Shown here one piece after another: positions 39,601 through 51,365 of a DNA stretch of 64,000 bases. Where the stretch lies: assembly GCF_964204865.1 (NCBI RefSeq), contig NC_135260.1, positions 15,190,001-15,254,000 on the forward strand, written 5' to 3'. How positions within the stretch are numbered: the first letter of the stretch is position 1; every line of letters starts with the position of its first letter. The notes beneath the pieces were generated by a model, which had not been told where the DNA came from, did not search any database, and was given only the letters and a program-made list of their open reading frames with translations. The stretch is from Styela clava (lineage: Eukaryota). Made by a program: the position numbers and the translations under genes.

Positions 39601-42600
39601 TTCAAACGTACTCTGCTTCACGTTCTACATGTACACCAATGGTACCAACTGCAAGATATTCTTCGAAGAAGTCCTCCATTTCCAATTGACATTGTGTGTT
39701 TAAACGCGAAGAACAAAATGGTTCAGTTCTGTAAATGCTTTAATATAGGCATGTTTAACACGGCACCTTTACCTAATGGTACAAAATGTTCGCCAATTTG
39801 ATAGGTCTTAACTAATTTCAGGGATTGAGTGGAACATCTGGACCACAAGGTGACAAGGGTAGCAGAGGATTGCCTGGTCTTCAAGGGCCTGACGTAAGTT
39901 TAATATTTATTTAGAGCTATACTAACATAAGTATCCTGTAACACGAAGACACTTATTTGAATTATAAATTCAACCAAAAAATCGATCAAATTTACCAATA
40001 CTTTTTTATATTGTATTCCAGGGTCAACGAGGTCCAAGGGTATGTAGTTTTTTTGTTTAGTGTTAAAGTGATACTCTAAAATTTACAAGGTTTTAACAAC
40101 TACCTTTACGCTGCGCTTTATGCAACACAGGGCCCTAAAGGACCGAGGGTATGTTGATGAATAATGTGCATAATTGCAATCAAACTTGTCACAAGGCTTA
40201 CTGCTTATTAATTTTGAATTCAATTCAAGCTTCTGCAATTATATCATAGCATTAATTGTGCCGCAGTGTAGAAAATGGTTAGCAATACATTAATAACAAA
40301 TTGAACTATACACGTTTTGTCCAAGTACTTGTCCAAAGCAAAGTCAAAATCGGTCAAATAAAAAACTTCAACCATTTCGTCAAAGAAATATTTTTTTCAA
40401 TTAATTTTATGAGTTGTCCATATACCATCACTTCAAGCAAGGGTTAGGAGCATCCGCTCATATGTATTAAGCTATCATGTTTATAATATCAATTGAATAT
40501 AACAATCAAGTTACCAGGCATCCGAGATGATCTTATGCCACTTTATACAATATTTAATATTCATTCAGAGTGTCATTATTAATAAAAACAATTTTATAGT
40601 CATTTTAGTCACGCCATTCAATATTTTAGTATTTTAGTGACGCCGCTTAGATACTACACTAGATGATACGTATTTCCGTTCACATATTTATGATATATAC
40701 CAATTTGAGGCCACGTTATTAATTTGCTTGATCAGAGATTTGACTTGAAATAGTAGATACTTCGAATTCAATTTTTCCTAATTATAAAATATTAAAAGGT
40801 AATTTATCACACAAATACATGCCATGACTATTTATAGTTAATTTTATATATTTACCAGTTCACCAATACATTCAATTCAAACTGTTCAAAATTAGTCGCA
40901 TTGATTTTACAATTATCATTTCAAACACAAAATCGTGCTCACGCTCTTACATAATTATCATATGTGTGGTTAACGAGACTTGCAGCACTTGCCTGATCTA
41001 TACATCGCGTACTTATTTTGTTTAGCTCTACCAATCACGGAGTGTAGATAAACCATGTTCTATATTCCATGATTTTGCACTATCCCATGTTTGGTAGAGG
41101 TTAAATTGCATTTTTGCTGCTTTTATTGTATTTTAAACAGCATCAACAATTTAACGATTGATGTTGTGATTGTAATATTGCATGTATTCGTTTTAATGTA
41201 GTGTTCCCTTTTGCATTTTTGGTCATTCATATCACCAGGGTAAAAAAGGACCAAGGGGTAAACGTGGCCATAAGGGCACCAAAGGAGAAGAAGGAGCCCC
41301 AGGCTTAGATGCACCGTGTCCATTGGTAGGTTGAGAGGTTTCTCAAAAAAAAATTACATTTATAAAATATTTCGCAGGTGGTTATTTACAAATAGTGGAA
41401 ATAGTTGAAAAATTGCTGATTATTAAATACAAGTTGTGATGTAATAAATATTGATGACGTAACTTAATTTAAATTTTGAATCTTGAAGTAAATAAATATA
41501 ATTCAAGATTTTTTAGCTGTCTAGAATGTTTGAATATGTTCAAATCAGTTTTGTGCAGCAATTTCGTACTACCGACCCTCAAAATTTTCGATCTAACGAA
41601 ACTACCAAAATTCATAAAGCGATCCGATACTGTTGTATAACGATGGCAATTTATTCTTTTCTGGGTTAACTAATTTTTGCTACAAGTCAATCACAGATGT
41701 TGTTAATGGATTTGTTAGCATGTTTGTTGTTTGTCAGCTTATGTGTGCAACAGTGTAAGAATGCTTGTGAAACGGCTTGATTGGTTTTACCCATGCTTTA
41801 CAAAGAGTCTGCTTGTTGTCTTTTGTTTCAAGTCTTCCACTTGTCATGTCTTTGTGCTTCACACACACATACCGCGTCACACACATTTTCAATTCATCAT
41901 CGCCATTGATGTTATTATTTTACACATAGGCTATTCATTTTTAGATACAAATTTTCAATTTTGGGACAATATCTCGACATATTTTATTGCGCAACTGCGG
42001 GATACTAAAATATTTGCTTTCACATATTTACTCTCACCAAAGCTATAAATAAACGATCATACATTTTATTTCGACTTATTTACGAAATGTTTTTCGAACA
42101 AGAAAGAATGAGGAAATCAGCATATGACACAAGAGTAGCGAGCCTCGCCAAATTTCACCCATTATCGTTAATAAAAGGAATTTTTTGCGCTGAGGGTATA
42201 AATAAACAATCAGCATCTAAATTTGAAGACATATTCTGAATATTAAGTAGCCTCCCCTCGTTCACATTTTTCTCTTCTCTCTCTTTTTTGCTATGAATTC
42301 TCTCTCGTTTGGATGGGAACAGGGTGCACGTGGTAAACGTGGAAGAAAAGGCGTGAAAGGAGACCAGGGTATACCAGGCCTTGATGGTGTGGATGCATTT
42401 CCACCAAATTGTGAACTGGTAAAGTATGAAACTGAGTGTGTTGATAAAATGAGAATGAGTGAATAAATTGAGTATGATGAGTGTCTGCGAAGGTATTCTG
42501 TTTTAATTGTGATTTCATCGTTACAAATTCTTATGACGGAAGAAAGGCAAATATATTCTGTGTGAATTATCACATTTATTTAGGATTTTTTTATATGATT

Positions 42601-43125
42601 TTAAGAAGAACTAGTTGATTCTAGTCCCATACGAAACAATCACTAACATGTGGAGAAATACTATACTTCAACTGTTTTTAATAATTATTTAAAATCTTAG
42701 GTTCTGGAGATTCTTAGTTTTCTAAATTAATACTTTCAACATTTCGGAAAGACTTTTTCTCATAATTTATATAATTAAAATGTTTGGCTGCTCTATGCAT
42801 TATCAATTTCTATAAAAAAAAATGTATGGAAAATAGTCTGGCAAGTTATTTTTCCAATACCAAATTTCTAACAAATACTTTTTTGTTTATGTTTGTTCTG
42901 CTGCTGTTGATTTCCTGACGACACTTTCAACTTGATTTTCAACAATGATTATTTTTTGATGACGTTGACGCACTACAGGGTACAGACGGAATGCCATTGG
43001 CTAACTGCTGGGCAAAGAAGGTTAGATCACGTAGAAGGGACAAAAGGGGCGGGGATAAGAAAACATTGAAGGGTCACACATCCCCAGATGTTGACCCATT
43101 CAAGGCGTTAGATTATAAACTGTAA
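18612..43125 (+). CDS. MACIT transmembrane collagen (collagen XIII/XXIII/XXV family), 5'-partial, 35 coding exons
   Basis: Exons assembled by hand, all AG/GT-bounded and in frame: 18612-18647, 19422-19429, 20705-20731, 22735-22770, 23043-23078, 23171-23215, 23802-23828, 24080-24106, 24198-24233, 24716-24745, 25701-25829, 26858-26920, 27411-27479, 27803-27871, 27961-28023, 28467-28484, 30388-30444, 32145-32165, 32506-32574, 32932-32967, 33170-33229, 33343-33405, 33661-33678, 33922-33984, 34289-34321, 36081-36122, 36351-36437, 37356-37418, 38831-38857, 39822-39893, 40022-40039, 40131-40148, 41239-41325, 42323-42418, 42979-43125. They give three Gly-X-Y domains separated by NC2 and NC3 ([33 protein letters not shown]). 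COL1 starts [13 protein letters not shown], and the diagnostic NC4 [19 protein letters not shown] matches the GLDAPCxLGxDGLPxxGCW motif of COL13/23/25. A single vertebrate orthologue cannot be assigned. Confidence 0.93.
19422..19429 (+). CDS. 8-nt microexon of the MACIT collagen (completes G-V-A)
   Basis: ttttacag|GTGTTGCG|gtaagt. It is needed to convert the phase-1 end of exon 18612-18647 to the phase-0 start of exon 20705-20731. Confidence 0.85.
27208..27311 (-). mobile_element. Short Merlin-like MITE in a collagen intron
   Basis: TIRs contain TATGTGCACCAAGATGGCG / CGCCATCTTGGTGCACATA; central AACCCTAACC; perfect 8-bp TSD CATTTTCC. Confidence 0.8.
29757..29948. mobile_element. Tc1/mariner-type MITE
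   Basis: Imperfect TIRs CAGGGTTGTAATAAAGTTCTGT / ACAGAACTTTATGAACACCATG, flanked by TA on both sides. Confidence 0.6.
35425..35721. mobile_element. hAT (Charlie-like) MITE, apparently nested in an older GACTCG-rich element that ends near 35859
   Basis: Ends CTGGCATGGCAA ... TTGCCCACTCCTG, with CTAGTC duplicated on both flanks. Downstream GACTCG repeats end in CGAACACTG; a similar GACTC-rich end ...CAACACTG occurs at about 18270-18445. Confidence 0.5.
41239..41325 (+). CDS. MACIT penultimate exon, variant A ([29 protein letters not shown])
   Basis: cag|GGT...TTG|gtaggt, 87 nt, phase 0-0, ends in the NC4 half-motif LDAPCPL. Confidence 0.9.
42323..42418 (+). CDS. MACIT penultimate exon, variant B ([32 protein letters not shown])
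   Basis: aacag|GGT...CTG|gtaaag, 96 nt, phase 0-0, paralogous to 41239-41325 and also ending in DA..CxL. Confidence 0.85.
42979..43125 (+). CDS. MACIT last coding exon ([48 protein letters not shown])
   Basis: ctacag|GGT ACA GAC GGA ATG CCA...; open to TAA at 43123-43125. There is a possible internal donor AAG|GTTAGA at 43020/43021. AATAAA signals near 43637 and 43895. Confidence 0.85.
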   Translation, partial: GTDGMPLANCWAKKVRSRRRDKRGGDKKTLKGHTSPDVDPFKALDYKL

Positions 43126-46100
43126 ACATTTTTTGAGAAATGACTAACTTTGCTTTAAAAAGACTATTTCTTATTCTTACAAACTTAACTTAAAAAAGTT
43201 TCACTTTTAAGTGTGGTACATTTGAGCCAATACCATTTGCACTATTGGTCCAAATTTATTGTAAAAAGTCAATATACAACACACCTCAGCCCAGCATAAA
43301 AACTGCTATTGTACATTTGGCTCAGTTGCCACATTCCATGTCATGTAGATAATTACATGTGTGACACACATCAGAGTTGTAAGGTAGATCAGGTTTGCGT
43401 CTTGGAGCATTCAAACGAACTTTTCCTCAAACCATTATTTTTTTCGGTTTGGGCTAGTATTTTCGAATTCCAGGAAGATTCAAAACTAAATGATTTTACT
43501 TACAACTCTGATCTCCAACTCATATTAGGTTAATTTATTTTACCTTCTACACCACATTTATTACACCATTTTTGTGGAATATCTTTTCCCACTGAATTTT
43601 TTTTTACAAAAATACAATGCACCGACAATGTCTTCAAATAAAAACAAATTCTTCATACTATTGAATCGAACCTTCACAGATTTCGTTTTCGTAATCATGC
43701 AAGCGTGGATAATTTTCATTCTTCACGTACCTGTGTGTCTTCGCAAATTCAACCTATACATGTATATCACATCTACCACAGTATCATTCAATTCAAACTT
43801 TTGACTTTCTTGTAACTTAATATTTTTTCACGATACCATTACTTCTCTTTTTTTGTACAAAGTTTTGATTTTCAAGTAGAGGTTTGTACCTTTCAATAAA
43901 ACAAGGTTTTGTGACACATTATCCTTAGAACGCAAGGTGAGGGTGGATTAGTAAATCGTAATAATAATACATAAAGATAACGGACCTACGCCGGACCCTT
44001 GAACAAGTTCGTTATGAAAGCTCACTCAACTTAGCAAGCTAGGGCATATTCTAATAACTGCGTCATCTCATCTATGGCAAAATGTGAAAATAATATTATT
44101 AGAAAAATAAAACTTTTAGCAGCCCGTGCTGCAGATCTGTATCACTTAAATGCAGTAAATTGATACGACCTATAGTAGGTAATTTTACATCAGAAGACGG
44201 GGGTATTTTCAAATTTGATAAACACCACGTTGGGGTTTGACTATTGCGGGAGTGTTTCTTCAAAATTCTACAAACAACAATGAAAAGCAACGTTGTGTTA
44301 GCACACAAAGACATATGTGACGTAATCATCATTCTGCCTCTTTCTACATTTTTGGTGTCTAAAACTATCAAGGTCGGTGAAAATGCACTACAATGTAAAT
44401 CTCCCAATTTGCGCTGATGATGACTTGACCTGATGACCAGTGCATTGGACATAACTAAATTGATCGAACCGTTCTTTTCAAGAACTGGAGTTTACTAACA
44501 ATAAAGCATACTAACTTTACATCAATTTTACTATTGTGTATATATCCCTCTTTTTGCAACAATCTTCACATACGATGAACAAATCAGCATCACGATCCTT
44601 CAGTATGGGTTGGAAGGAAAATGCACTGCTCCACACAAATACCACTATTCCATATTTCGAGTCCAATTTTTTTTTTTTGACACAGAAAAAAATATACCAG
44701 CAAAACTGATATTCCTCAGCATAAGTTACATTGTTATATGAAAAATAATTTTCTTGGATAAGTACCAATTGAAACGAAACAAAAAATGCGTTTTAGCTCT
44801 CAGCTATAGAGCATTCCGAAGTCCTTTTATGTACAAGTCAGGGATAACTAAAACTGTTTAGTATTAGTCTTGACATTTCCAATTGTGTTGGTATTAAAAG
44901 ACCCAAATACAAGTTTTTTAAATGATATGAAAAGGATATTATTACTTAACCATAATAGTACTAGAATTTACAACTAACAGCAAGGGTGTTATATATATCT
45001 AGTAATAATATTATATCGTATACTCACTTTTGATGAGGTTATGCAATTTCATATGATGATTTGAGACTGAAAAATTTACCGCAGGTTGTTTCTACTCAGG
45101 TTGCTCATGAAATTGCATAATCTGTATCCTAATTTGGTGTTGTCTGTACATTGTTGCATGGTAATTGTGAAACGACAAACAGTTAAAACGTGTAATGAGG
45201 CAATGCCCTTAATTACTCCCACCCCTTTCTACTCCCACCTTTTCACCTTCGATGCTTTCAAATATATTCGGTTAATTTTGAGTCTTATTTTTTTCTCATA
45301 TCCTTCTGAATTTTTAATATCCGTCGTCGTTTTCCGGTTACCTATGCAGAAACAATTGCCTGATTCAACTTACTAATCTATATATTGTTTTTATTTTTAT
45401 CTGCTTTGCGTGCTGCTTGCCACTCACAAATTATCAACGGAATTTCATCAATCTACAATCAAAATGGACAACGAATCTCACATCGGATTATGACAAAATA
45501 TCACATAATATGCTCTCATATATGCTTTTCATCACGCGCAGCGATAGCATGCAACGACCAAAGACGGTTCGTACCGTATATTCGTCATGGAAAGAGTTTG
45601 AAAGTCGCCATATTGAAAGACTGCAGTGCTGTGTTGCCATTTGTATAATGCACGAATTTGCTGCGGCATTGCCCACAAACAACGTTTTGAAAGACTGCCG
45701 ATGACGCGGCGGATCACACGCGGGACGATGCGTTCCCATGCGTGAGTCCGCTCGCGACATTTGCGTCTGCGTGCAAGATATAACGTAGCACGCCGAGCGT
45801 TGCGGTGGAAAACAATCAAATGAAAGCATGAACACTATCATGGGTGATGCTGCTAAATCATTTACGCGAACTAAGCGGTGAAAATAAAAATTAAAACTAA
45901 TTTGTAAAACGATTTTAGTCTGTGGAAACGGGTTTCGTAAATGAAATTTTAGGAAATTTTATAAACATTTAATTTTTTATAAATCTTTTTATCGCGTTCG
46001 AAAACCGTTTACCCACAAGAATGATGATTTTACAAATTAAATTTTTCGTGCAAATTATATATTATTAATATGGTGTGTATTTTATTACGCAAGTCTGAAG

Positions 46101-47581
46101 TCTTCTATACTCGGCCATTTATGAATCGGAGATAAGTTTGCTTTTACCACATACAATATTTGCGTTTCATTATGGACCGAGTATTTTATGAAGATTTTTT
46201 TTGACTTGCGACGTCATGACTTTCTGCATGTTTGTGTAACGATTTCATTTCATTACGTCATTCATACGTCAATATTGAATCATTGTCATGCGATTTACCT
46301 TTGGCCAAACCGAACATTCAAACCAGTCCTATAGCTGGATTTATAATCCCATTGCCATAAGGAATATAGAGTAACCAATGGAAAACATAAAATATACATG
46401 GTCCGGTTTCAACCAAGGTCCGAGAATGTCCGTTTACAATTTTTACCCGGTCGATCACACTTGACCAAACGTGACAAGTTTGGTGACAAGTATGATTCGG
46501 ATATGTTACGTAGATCGGAAAGGGCCTTGGACGTTTATGAGAATCTAAGTTGGAATACCAATCGTGTGCTTTTGATTTCTAATAAATAATGACACACTCG
46601 TTCGAGTACGAACCGAATCTAGTACGTGTCGTTATTTTTAAAATTCTGAGATTCACTTGAACGTAAGTGCGCTTAATTTGTATGGTTTCATAACTTGTAT
46701 AATAGACACTGAATCTAAGAGGCCATCAATTAAATCGGCCTTTACTCGTCCTCGCTTTAAAGTATAAACGCTTTGAAGAATTTAAGTTTGCAACAATTAT
46801 TACAATTTGTAATATAAAAAGTTCATAAAATTTGAAGAACAAGAACATATAATTCGTGAATAACTGTTCTTGTATGGATCCCATTTACTTCATTTGAATC
46901 TCAGACGTTTTAAATTTTGTTATAAATTGATTTTTATATAGAAAATGAAATATAATTGCTTTATTACTTAATAATTTTAAACATTTTTGTTATTCCGTAA
47001 GTATACTTCGTTACTCGTTTTGGGATTTTACTGTTATTTTTTTTTGATATTTGTATATCCCATAAGCAAAATCAACTACGCACATCGCAAAGACATTCAA
47101 ATGTCCAATCTAAATCTTTCTCTGATACCGAAATCGATTAATTTGAGTAATGTGTAATGACGTTTCTGAGTACTTTTAAAATCAAATTCCTAGAGGAATA
47201 AATCAAGGTATGGGTAAAACCTAAGTTTTCGCTGCTTCATCGCTTAATTATAACGTACAAGGTTTAACCGTCGTTTAGTTAGTTTCAGTTATCGGACAAT
47301 CTTATTTTTATCGTTTTTTGATTACTTTTATCAATATTATTTTAAAATAATTTCTTTATTTTTGATTATTTTATTCGCTTGCCCATTTAATTTTTCCCGT
47401 TAATTTTCATTTGTTTTATTAAGATCGGTTATTTGTGCGTTGCTAATCAGCATGTTTTGTTAGTAAAATTGTCACAGAGACTATCAAACTTGACTTATCG
47501 ATTTTGTGCGACTAACGAATGGTGTATGGGAAAGGAGGGGTTTATTTTAAATTCGCAAATTCACTGTATATCATACGGAAA

Positions 47582-47600
47582 GGGGGGGGGGGGGGGGGGG
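47582..47600 (+). repeat. G19 homopolymer
   Basis: Direct reading of the sequence. Confidence 0.95.
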
Positions 47601-48530
47601 ATATCTCGCTCTGAAGTCTTGTTACTGGTGTCGTTTAGGAATTGGAATCGTTTTGCGCATTAATGTCATATGTATATACAACTCAAGGCTATGTTCGAGA
47701 AAACAAACTGAACTGACTATTCTGTAAAGGCGATAAACTAACTGAACCTGATTATCTCGTTTTTCGCGTAATATTGGCGTGTTATTCGTAAAGAAAATGC
47801 AATCTTGCTGCCTTTATTTGAACAACCTATGTTATTTGCTAATCTGTATTCTATACTATTCAGAAAAGTACGTTGAACAGAGCTGAAGATGGAACTTTTC
47901 AGTTTATTTTACATCAACAACCTTAACAATTTGAGGACAATCAAATTTCTTTCAACGGCCATTTAAAACTGCCGAGTTTATAGCACTGGGTCATGATGTT
48001 CGACGGTCGCTGGGTCGTGCGACCTCGTGCGGATTTAGTCCGCTGTAAATGGACCTGGCATTGGTAGAGACAATTGAACATCAATATCTACGATCTTGGA
48101 ATTATTACTGATGTTTAACACCTTTTATATCACATTTGACAACGTATTATATTATTCATATTCACATATTCTATACCTCAATCCTGCTTTATTTCAATTG
48201 CAACTAATTGATTGTACATAAATAAGTAACTACCTTGCTTTTTCTATTTTGACGCTGCGGTGGCTGTATTATGTGAAGTTTTTCGTCCACTCTTCGAGAG
48301 TTGCTGTAATTTTCTTAAATCAATTTCTTGCTTTTTCTTTATGAAACAATTACAATATGAAAAACTCGACATGGCCTTTATTTCTTTTATGGGTCCACGT
48401 TGTGTCCAGCATTTTAGGAAACAACAAATTGGACTTCATGGAAATGCGATGTAGCCCATCACATATCGGAATGCTCAATTTTTTCTAATTCCAAGCGAGC
48501 GAAGAATCGCACTTGGATAGATAAAATGAT

Positions 48531-48722
48531 GGCGCTCCAGAAGTATGTGTACCAATATAGAGGTAACTAATTTTGTTCGCCTATTTTACATCAAGTTGTG
48601 TAAAGGGACTGAAACCAATGGCAGAGGGATATTCACTTGGCTAACACAGACAGTCCCCGGACTCTTAATAGGAATAAAATTGTGGTCTAACCTTAACCTG
48701 GTACACATACATCGGGTCTACC
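48531..48722 (-). mobile_element. Merlin-like MITE, inverted copy of 14911-15118
   Basis: Shares ATTCACTTGGCTAACACAGACAGT and GAGGTAACTAATTTTGTTCG in reverse orientation; degenerate TSD AAAATGAT/AAAACTAT. Confidence 0.75.
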
Positions 48723-49001
48723 AAAACTATAAATTAAATACTGAAGTTTGAGCAGTAATGTAACATTCATAGTTTGAGAATATTTAATTTTCGCTTTTTA
48801 GATAAAACATGAATACCTGGCAAGGTCTCTTGAGTACTTTTCCACTTCGACTAAAAAATGTATGATTGTGTTAAATTGTAGGATTTGAATAAAATCTCGA
48901 ATGGACAACTTAAATTGAACACAATTGATTTCATTAAAAATAAGCCCACAAAGCCGAGCTTATCGGCAGCGGTGGGATTCTTTGTACGCCTGTGTGCAGT
49001 T

Positions 49002-49617
49002 CATGGCCGGTGCTAGGAACTGCGAGACCTAATTTGAAATCTGATGTCGCGCCTTCTCTTTTTAGTAAAATTTATGGGTTTTATATAAAAAAAAAACATA
49101 CATACAAACCAAAAAAATAGATATCCAATACTTGATATTTAACAAATTTAAGGTAATGTGAATGATTTTGTTTTACTTTTAACATCAAGCAAGGCAAAAT
49201 AGGCAATTACATAATACTCTTTCAGAAAATGACTTTTTAGCTTTTTTATTAGCAAAATCATTCGAAGTATTTTCAAAGTCAGTAGCTTTAGCAATCTCGC
49301 TTTCTATAGAAAGTACTGACAAACTGTTAAGTCTTTCTTGTGAGACCGCAGACTGACCTCAAGTATTTTTTAATTAGTTACAACTTTGAAAATATTCTTC
49401 CCCCTGATGCTACAGTTTTTAGCATCGTTGTACGTTGGTATTGGCAAAGCTGTTCTTATAAATTTACCATGCATAACAAATTAATATTATTTCACTTTTT
49501 ATTTTATGTTTTCAGTAGTATTTTGTACCTCATAATACGGAAAAAGACCCCCATTAGCGCGGGGCCACTTCAAGGTGCGGGGCCCAATTTGATAAAATCT
49601 TCTTGAAACCGGCCCTG
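49002..49617. mobile_element. hAT non-autonomous element
   Basis: TIRs CATGGCCGG / CCGGCCCTG; subterminal GCGGGGCC repeats; TSD GTGCAGTT/TTGCAGTC (6 of 8 match). Confidence 0.65.
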
Positions 49618-50301
49618 TTGCAGTCTAGTACCCATTCGTTTTTGTGTATGACCTTATTACCGATCAGACGATCACGAGCTGTTTTAAAGAACTTCATCGA
49701 TCGCGGTCGAAAGCAGGTTGACAACCCCTGACATAAAGTATCTGGGAACGTAATATTGATTGCAGACAGATTGATTTGAATTGGTCTTCCAAATCAAGAT
49801 AATCGGACTAGAAAAGATATTGAGTAGACACATCCTATTCCATAACAGAATTGCACAGCTTCATATCCAGTTAATTATTTAACCCAAACTTCTTATTCTA
49901 AATCCACATATTATTTCAATTTGTGCAAAATGTCATATTCAATAGTATATTTTTCACATAAATATGTTAAGCAGGCGTTTAAGACCTTTTGCGGAAGAGG
50001 AAATGCAGTAAATGTCATCGGTCTAAAAATATGATTGAGTAGTTATTTTCAAGAATTGAAACACACTCGATGGCCTCTTGGCGCAATAGTCATCTAAGAA
50101 AAGAACAACAAAACATCAAATTTAGGAACACGGAATCCAAACAAAGCACTTTTTGTACCGTATCTAGCGTTACCGATATCAACTAATCTCAGAGTTTCGC
50201 GTAGTGTCGCGTCGAATCGGAAACAGACGTCGTGCTTAGCGGATTTAAATCCGTGTTCCCATAATAAAAATATAATTCAGCGGAATTTTGATTAAAATAT
50301 C

Positions 50302-50496
50302 GGCGGTCCCGTAGTATGTGCACCAAGATGGCGGACACCGGACCGTGGTATGTGTACCAGGTTAGGGTTAGGCTATAATGTTATTTAAATTTTCCTTATT
50401 TTAGTTATATTACGAGTTCGGGGACCCCAACCTTAACCTGATAAACATACTACGTCCCGGTGTCCGCCATCTTGGTCCACATACTACATGAGTACC
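50302..50496 (+). mobile_element. Merlin-like MITE with long TIRs
   Basis: GTAGTATGTGCACCAAGATGGCGGACACCGG ... CCGGTGTCCGCCATCTTGGTCCACATACTAC; internal GGTTAGGGTTAGG; TSD AAAATATC/AAAATATA. Confidence 0.8.
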
Positions 50497-50677
50497 AAAA
50501 TATAAAATGTCATAGAAAATTTCGGAATAAACGAAATTGACAACCGTCTAGCATAATAGGAAAACGATCCATAGGTCCAATAAATTAGCTTGTCTAGTGA
50601 CAATATAGATAGAGAATGTATCCGACACACGCTTTACCCAACTAACAAACATAAATATACGTATGCAGCAAACTCAA

Positions 50678-50703
50678 ATATATATATATATATATATATA
50701 TAT
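50678..50703. repeat. (AT)n microsatellite
   Basis: About 13 AT units. Confidence 0.95.
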
Positions 50704-51178
50704 AAACATAAACGCCCATTCACATCGAGTCGATTTTACATGCATGTATGACCGTGTGTTAGAAATGAAATCTATACAATTTGCCCAATTAGCCAGAAAT
50801 CAAGGGAATAATACTATTATACACTTTGCAATTTGGTATTGCGTGAATGAACGTTGCAGCAATGCTATTGGAATTGTTTCAATTTTAAATTGAATGGAAA
50901 TTGAATGCAGAGCAGTTTTCGAGCACATGTGATTTACGGGTAACGGTTACGGCGGGTGATTTACGGTATTCATTTTAGACAAGTTAAAATATCACCCTCA
51001 TCTTGAAATCAGTTCTACTTCTGCAGTGTTAGATTTATTGGTTGACAAATAGGTATAGATAAAAAAATAAATCTGTTTGCTTCCAGTCGATATACAAAGT
51101 TGACCGATGAATAGACAACCGGATACAGCAGAGGTTTCGATGGTTATTTCCTCGTGCATCGTGAGTTACACTTACAAG

Positions 51179-51365
51179 CAGGGGTGGGATTCAAAATTTT
51201 TGTCAGCCGGTTTCATCACAAGAGTCATATTTTTCAGCCGGTTCTGTTACAAAAAGTCATATTTTTTAGGAAATCAATCAGTAATGCTAACCGGTTCGCT
51301 GATCTCATAAAATTCCGTGAGACGGTTCTATAGAACCGGTGCGAACCAGCTGAATCCCACCACTG
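51179..51365. mobile_element. hAT MITE (187 bp)
   Basis: TIRs CAGGGGTGGGATTCA / TGAATCCCACCACTG; repeated CCGGTT subterminal motifs; TSD CTTACAAG/GTTACAAG. Confidence 0.85.

Noticed and set aside
44410-44445. C/D-box snoRNA-like TGATGA…CTGA motifs
   Set aside because: The boxes are too close together, with no terminal stem or recognisable guide.
45385-46050. Overlapping ORFs in a GC-richer patch plus an imperfect AT-rich inverted repeat
   Set aside because: No protein motif, splice pattern, TIR or TSD could be established; probably an old repeat.
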